This document shows positions 54,340 to 64,000 of a stretch of DNA of 64,000 nucleotides, in pieces. Made by a program: the position numbers and the translations under genes. The notes under the pieces are model-generated. The model searched no databases and was not told where the DNA came from. It was given only the letters and a program-made list of their open reading frames with translations. Numbering within the stretch: the first letter of the stretch is position 1; each line of letters opens with the position of its first letter. The stretch comes from Nageia nagi (lineage: Eukaryota; Plantae; Pinophyta), in the NCBI GenBank assembly GCA_050084985.1, contig JBITNC010000001.1:85312001-85376000 (forward strand). Direction: 5' to 3'.

Positions 54340-54940
54340 TTATCACCAAATACTATATAATTGGTCCAAAACCCTACCTCCACGAACATATTACCTAGCA
54401 TTCAAATTTGATGAATACAATATTTGAATTGCTATGCATATTTTTTTTGAATTTACTATGAGCACATTGGTTAGGGCTTAAATTATCATAAGGTACATTC
54501 AAATTGTTATACATATTTATTCCAAATTTAGCAAGAACATATTTTTTAGGATTCGAATTTGATGATTAGTACATTTGAATTCCTCTTTATATTTGTTCTC
54601 AATTTTTTAAGTTTTTCACTTCTAAGAACACATTGTTTAGGAGTTGAATTTGATGAATACTACATTTGAATCCCTATTCATATTTATTCTAAATTTTTAT
54701 AGACCTTCCCACCCTGAATACATTTTTTTTTTACATATTCATTCAAATTATTCAAATTTCATTGAAATGCTCAAAGTTCAATGTTCAAAGTTTTAGATTG
54801 TTCAAATTTTGTTCAATTGTCCAAATTTTTAGAATGTTCAAGTTATTTTAAAGGTTCAAAATTAGTTCAAATATTAAATTTCAAATTATTCAAATCAGTT
54901 CAATTTTTTAAATTTTCAAATTACAAATGTTCAAAATATT
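54340..54940. repeat. Degenerate tandem repeats and TTCAAA-rich tract in the Tat 3' region
   Basis: AATTTGATGAATAC..ATTTGAAT units at ~54405, 54556 and 54647; dense (G/A)TTCAAA motifs at 54740-54940. Confidence 0.6.
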
Positions 54941-55018
54941 TTCTCAACTAACGTCTTACTATCTACACTTGTTGAACTAAGTCTTTTGTGCAAAAGACCT
55001 ATTCCAACAAGGGCAACA

Positions 55019-56184
55019 TGTAGATACCAAAAAGTAACACTTTTTGAGTAGATATTTTTTATTGCATTGATATGCCTTACCTTATTATTTTATTTACTGC
55101 TGATTTCTTATTATGCAAAATCAAGTATTCACAATGTCCAAAATAAAGCAAAAATGACTTAAACCCAAAATAGGAGAAAAAGTAGATATCTAGAAACTTT
55201 AACTTAAGTTGTCCAAAGAGGTATATAACTCAAAGTTAAAATAAAATTCTCTTTCTTGGCTCACTATTCTCCTAATTCATTTTCTCACTTGCACACTTAT
55301 GATTTTTGCTCACATATTGCTCCTAGATTACATTGCTAGGGTTTTGAGATGACAATTTGAAGGATAAAGGGTTTACTCCACAATTCTCCATAAAATATCT
55401 CAAATATAAGGTAACCTTCCTATGGTGATTTCATGATTTTATTGAGTTATTATTACATATATTTTGTGTATTCAAGATTTTTTTAGGGATTTGAAGGTAT
55501 GATAACCATGGAAGAGCTTTGGAAGACCTACCTTTATATCCTCCACTAAACTTATATGAATATAGTATTTTGTTAAGCTAAAATCATATTAGTTTATATT
55601 TCCACCATTAAAATCATAGTTTGAACTTATAATAGCAAATACACATGATCTAAATATCCATTATATCTCATGGGTATCCATGGATCAAATTGATCCAAGA
55701 ATCTTCAAAGATCTCTTCATTTTGAAGCATTTAAGGTTTTTGAAGGTTTCATGTAGTAGATCTCATTTTTGACTACCTATATATGTAAATATCATTTGAA
55801 ATAGTTTAAATCCATCATATAAGTTATTCAAATATGATCTATACACAATCATTTTCACAAATAGGCAAGGTTTTTTTTTGTTGTCAATCATTTGAGGGCT
55901 AGGGGGCTCTCATGCTATTTGGAGTGAAGAGACTCACTCCATGCTCATTTAGGTGCCTCAAAGGGCTTAAGTTGGAGGTATCCCTATCCATGTTAGATGC
56001 ACTTAGGATTTATTTATGTTCTTGAAAAGCATTTAACTCATTATTCATATATTTGATCCTATCTTTACTAAGTTTTCTACCTAATGCTCACTAAGAAAAG
56101 CATAGTTGTGCAATTTGAGATTTGTATATGAGTTTGGCTTATTTATGCATGTTAGTCCATATATACCATAAATTTTGACCTACA
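55019..56184 (+). repeat. 3' LTR of the Tat element
   Basis: TGTAGAT...CCTACA termini, preceded by the PPT and followed by TSD TTATC. Confidence 0.92.
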
Positions 56185-59100
56185 TTATCACTTTCACTAA
56201 TGATTTAAGTAGAATATGTTTGGATTACTTCATTAAAAGTAAGGATAAAATATTTGACTATTTTAAAGAATGGAGAAATTTTGTTGAGAGGAAAAGTGGC
56301 TACCATGTGAAGTATTTAAGAAGTGATAGAGGAGGAGAGTATTGTAGTAATCAATTCTTTTAGTTTTGCAAAGAAAAAATAGGACCTTGGTTGAAAAAGC
56401 AAGAACCATGATGGAAAGCAAGAAATTGTCCAATATTTACTAGGATAAATAAATAAAAACAAAAATATATATTTTGAACAAATTTCCTACAAGAAGTTTG
56501 GATAAAATCACCCCTTATGAAGCTTGGTTTGAGAGAAAATCAAATTTGCAACACTTGAAGGTGTTTAGCTGTCTTGCATATGTTCATGTAAATAATGAAA
56601 AGAGGATAAAATTTGATGTAAAATATGAAGCTTGAATGTTTATAGGATATTGTGAGCATTCAAAAGCATATAAATTCTATAATCCCAAGACTCATAAGAC
56701 CATAGTCTCAAGAGATGCCATTATTGATGAAGGAAGAGGGATGAGTGCTATAAGTTGGATCCACTTAAGTTGGGCACTTCTTACTTTAAAAAAAGTGGGC
56801 TAAAATGAAATTTTGGCTTATAAAGTTTGAAATTTCATTTTATTTTCCATCCTGAACCAAAAAATGAAATGAAATTTTGATCTTTAAAAGCTGATTTTTT
56901 ATTTTGTTTTGGAGTCCTTGATCAAAAATGAAATTTTGGTTTTTAAAGATCAAAATTTCATTTCATAAAACTATAACCCTTACAAAGAATCCCCATAGGC
57001 CATCATTCTTATCTCTTTAGAGTGTGATTCTGGTTTGCGATGAATGTAGCTAGAGATCATAACATGATTTTAATTTCTTTTACCCTAAATCTATCCTTTA
57101 GTCCCTTACATCCTCCTTGCAACCCTCTCTATCTATTTGGGTATCTCATTTCTTCCTCTTTTATTTTTTTTTGCAAAAAAATGAAGAATTTAGTAAAAAT
57201 TTAATTTATTCACGGTTAAATTTTTACTATTTTTTTATGAATATTACCTATTACTATATTCTAATTTAAATTATGAAGAATTTTGTTAAAATTTAAGTTA
57301 TTCAAGGTACCCATAACTATAATAATCTTCTCATACTAAAAACTTGACTCAATGCATGTTTGATAGCTTATTTTGTAGTTTAGTTATCCTCTTCACCCAT
57401 TCTTAAAGAGAGAAGAAGACTCAAGTAAAAAAAGCTTATAAAATTTATACCATCATTGATTTTGCTAATAATAGAGATGAGATAAATGAATTAGCAAGTA
57501 AGCTTTATCCCTAGCTCTTCATTAAGAACTCCTACCATATATCTAACAAAGGTTAGTTTCCATAATTATTACATCCTCCAAATTTTCTCATGTATGGAGG
57601 AGAGGTGAACAAGACATAAGACATTATGCATGGGGCATTAACCCCTTTATCCATAAATTTCTACAAGTGGGCTACCTCCAAATCCACCTTATGGACTTGT
57701 ACCTAATATTGAAAAAGCATATTAAAACAAGTTGTAGCATGATGATCCCTAAGTGACCAAATTTATTACTAAAGAAAACCCCTAAGAGAGGATACAACAT
57801 GTGAAATAAGAAATATTGGATTCCATGACAACAAACTAGATGATTTGAAATGTATGTTGTTAATGTTTATAGTAAATTATAACCTCCATATATCATTTAG
57901 GTTTTATACTAATATTTAATGGGGTGATAACTAGTGACATCCTTTACTAGGCTTGTACCTAAAAAATAGAAAATCATTAAACTATTTATAGTAGATTATA
58001 ACCTACTAGGCTTTGATTGATGTTATTTTGTTTGATCTAGGAAGGATTAGTTTGAATAACTAGTCAATGTATTTTTCTTAAGATTGATTTCTATGATGAT
58101 TATGAATCCTTAAGGGATTAAGATTTAAATATACCCTTAAACGTTATGAAAGATCTTGATTTTGCATGATCATATTATTTGATTGTATACTAAATTAGCA
58201 TGGAGCACTAGAAACTCTAGTATATTTATTTTGATGATAAGATGATGATCCAAGCATAATAATAGGTTGCTATTTATTTGATACAAGTGTTGAGAGATTT
58301 TTTTATGACAATGATAAGACTAGGGACTCTTGTGATGTAAATTATTGCATTAGTTTATTTTTATCTTAAAATGTTGCAACAATTGCTTGAGGTTAGACAC
58401 AAAATATGTTTGAGGAGCCATGGATCGAATTGATTATCATTATGTAATTAGAAATGGATCCTTAGATTTCAAAATTTTATTGTAAGTTGGTGAATCTTAT
58501 GATCATGAAACTTTGGATCAAAGTTATGAATCAATGTTTATACATTAAAAGTATGAGGCATCCTTTGTTATTCCTAATTTATTGTTTATATTGAAATTTA
58601 CATATTTTTTAGAAACCATTTCCATTTAATATATATTACAAAATAATTATTTTAATGAATCAATATCTTGAATCTTGATAAATTTGTTAAAATATATGAT
58701 GAATTTTAAGATATGGAAGAAATGATACATAATTCTCACTTTATATAATATCCACAATTATAGCCTATCTGAATATAAAATCATTTAACTATTTATTGCC
58801 TATCCACACTTGGGTTCTAGTAGACTCTAAAACCTATTTTATGAGGCAAACTTGGAGGGATATAGTTCATAGCCACTTGAAATGATTCCTTATCTTAGCT
58901 AATCTTAATTTGCATTTGACTTTACACTAAGAAAGAAAATTTACCTCTACCTTGGATTTACCTTTTCATAAATTAAATAACTCTACCTCGGATTTACTTT
59001 TCCATTTATTAATTATTTTATAGTCTCTATGTAACAATTCATAAGATCTCTTATGTTGACTACTTCTCTTAGTGATCATGATTCTCCCTACATCCTTGTA

Positions 59101-60329
59101 TCATAAATTAGAGGTGATAAGGTAAATATCAAGCTCATACAAATTATTTCTACAAATTTTTTAAGTCTCCCTAATCTTGTACATACAAATTGAATAAATA
59201 TGGTGATATGAGGTACTAAAGAGGCTCCATTAATGAGTATAAAGAACTTGGATTATAAAGCAATCTACACTCTATGACCCATATTTTCCATTCTTGTAAC
59301 CAATATTTCCTAACATTTTTACTTAAAAATCCTAACTAATTTTTTTATAAGCTCTCTAAGAGAGGTTCCATGTAAGGGACATGAATTTATTTTTTTTAAA
59401 TTTAAGTGTGTTAAATATTTATTGGTTTGTTGATCCATACACCCATATCTCCTTTCCTAATGTATTAGTAGATGTGGTGTAGTTATTAATATCATGACCA
59501 AATTTCCATCATAAATATTAGTAGATATGGGTGAGTCAAAAGTATAGGTGAGGTCCTTAAAGAAAGATAGAATAAAATCTCAAGGATTTATTTTTAATGT
59601 ATTGAATTTAGTTGTTGGAGTTTCTTGGTTTGTACATTTCTAAGTGATGAAGGATATCTTAGTAGCCTATTCCATGATCTTACAAAGGCCATGGTTGAGA
59701 AGAGTGACCCATGCTTTCACCTACTAAAATTAAGGTTTATGAATTATTTATTAGCTTGTTTAAAACATTTTGGTTCCCTTAACATTGATGGTATTCGCCT
59801 AGTCTTATTTTAACATTGTTATCAAGAGAAGCATCTTGATACAATGGGAGTTTAGATACACCACTTTTTTCCATAGGACTAATTTTTCTTTCCTTCAAGT
59901 CTCTATTTCCTTTACTAATATTTTAATCTCTGAAAGCAAGACACTTGTTAACAAAATTTATTTACCTAAATCATATTTTAGTGAGAAATAATCATTCTTG
60001 AAACCATAAATGTTTATTTGGAGAAAATTTAATGGATCTTAGAATTATATGTTTTTCCTTGCATCAACATACTTAATTTTGAGATAACACTTCCATCTTG
60101 GATTGTATTCACTTACTTACATTTTTTTGTAATGAATTTATATATGTGTGGCCTTGGTTTATATTTGGTAAATAGTTTATCATTTTCTTAAAATTTAAGC
60201 TTGATTTAAGATAATTTTTTATAATCATTTTGTTTCTAATATGATTTAAAATTTTATAATTTAATTATTATAATTTATGTTTATTTATTCTTTCTAATTG
60301 TTAATGTGTGCAAGTGATCTTTTGTTACC

Positions 60330-60960
60330 ATGGATCCCCCACCTCCACCCCTTCCACATTGTGAAAACTCCCAATAGCCACCCCATAGTCCACATAAAGA
60401 AACCCCCCATATCCATCCCTTAATCCACCTCATGAAAAATCCTCACCCCCTTAGTTGGATGAGGATAATCTTAGAGAAACTATTAATAAAAATATCAATC
60501 CCTTACAAGATATAGGAAGTGGACTCCATACTCCTAGTAGGGATTTTTCCCCTACATGCCATGATTTGTATCTATGATGAAGATCATATTTGATATTTTT
60601 AGGTCCTTAGATGAGGGTATTGATCATTATTGTACATTGAGAGAAAAGGTGAGATAGTTTTATGTAGATGGTCTCTACTATAAGAAGATTAATGATTCCA
60701 AAATTTTACTACCAATTCTACCTAGCAAACAAAGAATTAGTATTAGATGATGTACCCATCTAGAGATAGCCCATCATTTTTGGGATCTATAGTGGATGGT
60801 ATTTAATCAGGCCCCACATGAAAATGGGAGCAATATTCCATTGTATTTTTTAAAAAAATTGCATGTGGAGTTTGTATTACATAAAAAACCAAATTACTTT
60901 GATATTAGACTATCCCAAGGTATTGGTCTTGGATGTCTATAGGATAGGTTAGGGGAATGG
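60330..60960 (+). pseudogene. Decayed ORF of unidentified family (Pro-rich N-terminus plus ~125-codon domain)
   Basis: One frame from ~60565 reads FVSMMKIIFDIF...LREKVR*FYVDGL...KQRISIR*CTHLEIAHHFWDL*WMVFNQAPHENGSNIPLYFLKKLHVEFVLHKKPNYFDI with only three scattered stops. It is preceded by MDPPPPPLP at ~60330. Confidence 0.5.
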
Positions 60961-61599
60961 GTCAATACTAATTGATCTCCACATGTTCCAAATCTATTCC
61001 CTTTTGTTGGTTCTATTATTCCTTCTACTATTATTAATTATATAGTAGTTCTAGTCTTAGGGGCATTGAGTTAGCTATTAGGAACTCTCATTGAATAAGT
61101 TGCTAATGTGATAGATGAGTTCAACAAAAAAACATTGTTGAGGATATGATGGATATGGATAGTGCATAGATTATGATACATCATACATGCTAGCATTACC
61201 ACTAGATATGTTTTGGTCCCACTTTAGGTGTAACTATAGTAGATTCTGATGAGACTTTTATGCATATGCTATTTGTTGGTTATTCTTGTAGTACAAAGGT
61301 ATATATTTAGTGTGTTTTGAATGTACACATATTTTATAATTAATAAGAAATTTATACAATTAATCTTAATTTTTAATATATTTATATTTTTTAGTGTAAA
61401 GGATGGGCTCTACATCATCAAGTGGATATGATTGACATCATATTATATCCACTCCGAGACAACATCATACACCTTACAAATCAAATTTATCAAGTTTAAA
61501 TTGTAATTTTGTATTTCATTTTTGTATATGTATGTGCATTATCATAATATTTTTGTTATTATAAGGAGGTCATAGGATGTTCATGTTTGACTTTCATTC

Positions 61600-62665
61600 T
61601 ACATGGTGCTTTTAATTTGAATTTTTAAATTTTCAATGATCTAATAGACATGTATGCAAAATGTAAAAGAATACATAAGGCCCATGAACTATTTGGCAAG
61701 ATGCAAAATGGGTTTTAAAAAAAAATCCCTAAGGATATGTACATAAAATATGGAAGGATACACTCAACCAAGAATTGTTTGATAAAATGCATTGTATAAA
61801 TATGATTTCATGTTATGCAATGATTACACGATATGCATAAAATGGGTTTTAGAGAAAATCCCTACAACTATTGAGGGACTAATGAGCTTCATTGCCAAAA
61901 TACTCATAATACATGAATTTGGTATATGTATGTATCCATAGGGTTTTTGTAATTTGAATGTTTAGGTTTTGAATACCTTAATACATATATACATAAAATA
62001 TAGAGGAATACATAAATATCAAGAATTGTTTGACAAGATGCATGATGTAAACATAGTTTCAATATCTACAATGATTGTAGATATGCACAAAATGGATTTT
62101 TAGAGAAAATACCTATAGTTATTTAGGGACCATTGAATTTCACAACCAAAATATTCATAATTTTCCTAAATTGGTTGTTTGAAGTATCTACATGGTTCTT
62201 ATAATTTGAATGTTTAGGCTTTAATTGCCCTAATAAAGATGTACACAAAATATGAAATTATACATAAGATTCAAGAATTATTTGACAAGATGCATGATAC
62301 AAACATAATATCATGGTCTATGATAATTACATGATTTACACAAAATAGTTTTTCATATTAAATCCCTAATACTATTGAGGTACCATTGAACTTCAATGCT
62401 AAAATACTCATAAAATGTGAATTAGGTGTGTGGATATTTTTACATGATTCTTATAGTTTGTATGTTTTAGTTTTAAATGCTCTAATAGATATGTACAAAA
62501 TATGTGGAAGAGTACATAAGTCTTGAGAATTATTTGATAAGACACATGATCCAAATAAATTTTCATGGTCTACAATGATCCCAACATTTGCATAAAATGG
62601 GTTTTCAAAAAAATCACTAAGACATGTATGCAAAATTTGAAAGAATAAATAAGTCCTTAAGACAT
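61600..62665 (+). repeat. 252-bp tandem array (~4 units) derived from PLS-class PPR coding sequence
   Basis: The anchor AGAATT(G/A)TTTGA(C/T)AA recurs at ~61770, 62022, 62274 and 62526. Unit 4 translates NALIDMYKICGRVHKS*ELFDKTHDPNKFSWSTMIPTFA*NGF, matching the PPR S/P consensus NALIDMYAKCG....A..LFD.M...DVVSW..MI.GYAQNG. Confidence 0.85.
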
Positions 62666-64000
62666 GTACCTTATTGTTATCACATAAAATTTATTTATGC
62701 ATTTAAATAAATACATTTACTTGAACTAATACACATCTAGAATATTTAATGCAATGATATCAATGCTTGTCTTGAATATGATCATAATATCAATGTTTAT
62801 TTTGAATATGGTTATGATATCAATGATTGTCTTGAATACCATTATGTATTGTGGGCTAACCATATTTATGTAGGTACATGCTAACCTAAGGAGTAGGTCA
62901 TATTATTATCTATATAAATAGGGATCTAATAGTAAGTCCACATCAAAGAGATACATGATCCCATATCTGGCCTTGATGGTGGCAATCCTTTAGGTGTCTC
63001 TTGATGTTGCCATTCAAGGCTATGGTTTGTGTACTTCCTAACATGAGTTGTTCTAACATCAGTAATCTATACTCTATTCAAAACATCTATATGCAAATAA
63101 TTTACTTGATTTAAAATTAAAATACACTCTAACAAAGACCATTAGTGCTCCTTATTCATGCTAAATACACCATTGGCACTCCTCTTGTACAACATATAGA
63201 CCACCCATGGTCCTCTTTTTGTGATATTTCAAGTCATAGCTTCTGGAGAGGGATTCTTTTGCTATCCACACATCAAATATATCATCATTCTTTGATGTTA
63301 GGTACACTTCATAAGGTAAGTATACAAATCATAATTCTTGATTGGTATTGTCATCCTAATTCTAGAGTGGCTATCTTCATCTATTTTTTGTATGGTCTAA
63401 ATTGCTATCTATAGTTCAAAACAAGTATGTTGGGTTTTGTAATTATTTATTTATTTGCATTCTCAAAATATTTGTAAACATTTAGTGAACCTAACATGAA
63501 ACTCAAATTCTAAAAATATGAATAATTCATTAGATATTTTACCACTAAACCAATCAAAACTTGAGCCAACTAAAAGAAAAAGAAAATCATGGAAAGGCAT
63601 GACATCAATAAGAAAAAGTGCTAGGTTACATAAAGATAGTGTCCCTTTGGCTATTGAACCTAATTTTCCTAATGATGAATCTTATCATGGAATTATAAAG
63701 ACAATGATGACCCTAGTAAAATAAGTATAAATATGATTGAATGATGAATCTTATAATGGGGATTTAGAAGATAATGAAAACCCTAAAGAAGAAATAGTCC
63801 AACCTTTTGATAATAACTTACAATTAGCCCTCTATTGATCTGAAAAATCTAATAATCTAAATGTAATAGAAGATAAATTAAGGTTAGTGCAAGAATTAAT
63901 AAAAATCCCTAAGATATTCTGTAGGTTTATCAAAGATCCTACCATAGCTCATTCATTGCATATTATCTAAAATTTTTTACCATAAGCAGTCCTAGGTCAC

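Larger units (their letters stand above)
38324..56184 (+). mobile_element. Full-length decayed Ty3/gypsy Tat-clade (Ogre/Retand-type) LTR retrotransposon, 17.9 kb
   Basis: LTRs 38324-39495 and 55019-56184; perfect TSD TTATC (38319-38323, 56185-56189). Domains: gag ~42900-43400 (DKFKSKEDPKEHL..F, AMNWY), RT 46157-46816 (RIRICLDLRDVIKAYPKD, YVDDL), RNase H, an additional RNase H ~47550-47900 (MNFDGS, NNNVKYEAL, LKMYGD) and integrase ~48100-49290. PPT AAGGGCAACA precedes LTR2. Confidence 0.95.
36200..56737 (+). mobile_element. Decayed Ty1/copia element 2, split by the Tat element and truncated on the right by another insertion
   Basis: PBS TGGTATTAGAG 36639-36649 after ...TTCA. Domains: gag (FDGSDYEY*SVQMKT), knuckle CYYCNKFCHFVHKC, protease WLLDSGCTNHMT, WHMRLGHLNF, and integrase to 38323. 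Integrase resumes at 56185 (TFTNDLSR...LRSDRGGEY...YKFYNPKTHKTIVSRD). The LTR start is uncertain; RT and the 3' LTR are not in the window. Confidence 0.88.
56738..64000. mobile_element. Probable large DNA transposon (Mutator/foldback-like end) or composite of such, inserted in copia 2; right end not seen
   Basis: Copia integrase homology stops abruptly at ~56737. It is followed by GGGATGAGTG... and clustered palindromic AAAATGAAATTTTG..AAATTTCATTTT units, with a perfect 25-bp inverted repeat (56865-56889 / 56941-56965). No transposase motif was recognised, so the class and unity of the region are inferred. Confidence 0.4.

Noticed and set aside
62870-64000. Coding-like fragments (e.g. EPTKRKRKSWKG...RKSARL)
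   Set aside because: Short, no assignable domain, and truncated by the window edge; may belong to the putative DNA transposon.
1-64000. tRNA, rRNA or conserved miRNA genes
   Set aside because: None recognised by eye. tRNAscan-SE/Infernal and miRBase searches would be needed to exclude them formally.

Overview
Very AT-rich, CpG/CHG-depleted plant nuclear DNA. A gymnosperm, probably a conifer, is inferred from the repeat landscape and RLP type; this is not proven. The only intact protein-coding gene is an intronless QALGGH C2H2 zinc-finger/EAR repressor (33775-34317, minus). An LRR receptor-like protein pseudogene with six lesions lies at 368-3051 (minus). The rest is a nested transposon graveyard, and several boundaries can be fixed from TSDs. 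It contains an RTE-like LINE fossil split by a Harbinger-type MITE (4 copies in the window), an L1 ORF1 fossil, and a full-length decayed copia (12710-19276) whose 3' LTR holds a hAT-type insertion. It also contains a Tat/gypsy remnant, a 1.9-kb non-autonomous LTR element, and a second copia split by a 17.9-kb Tat (Ogre/Retand-type) gypsy element (38324-56184, TSD TTATC) that carries an antisense Plant Mobile Domain ORF. From about 56738 lies a probable DNA-transposon region with an unidentified decayed ORF and a 252-bp tandem array built from PLS-class PPR coding sequence. A gene-free ~7-kb segment is duplicated (~8255-19990 vs ~25170-32390). Both copies keep a CpG-rich island next to a one-arm/three-partner inverted repeat (candidate small-RNA or regulatory locus), and comparing the copies gives a fossil record of methylation-driven decay. 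No clearly new biological system is proven. The best candidates are the PPR-derived array, the duplicated hairpin/CpG island and the TE-borne PMD.
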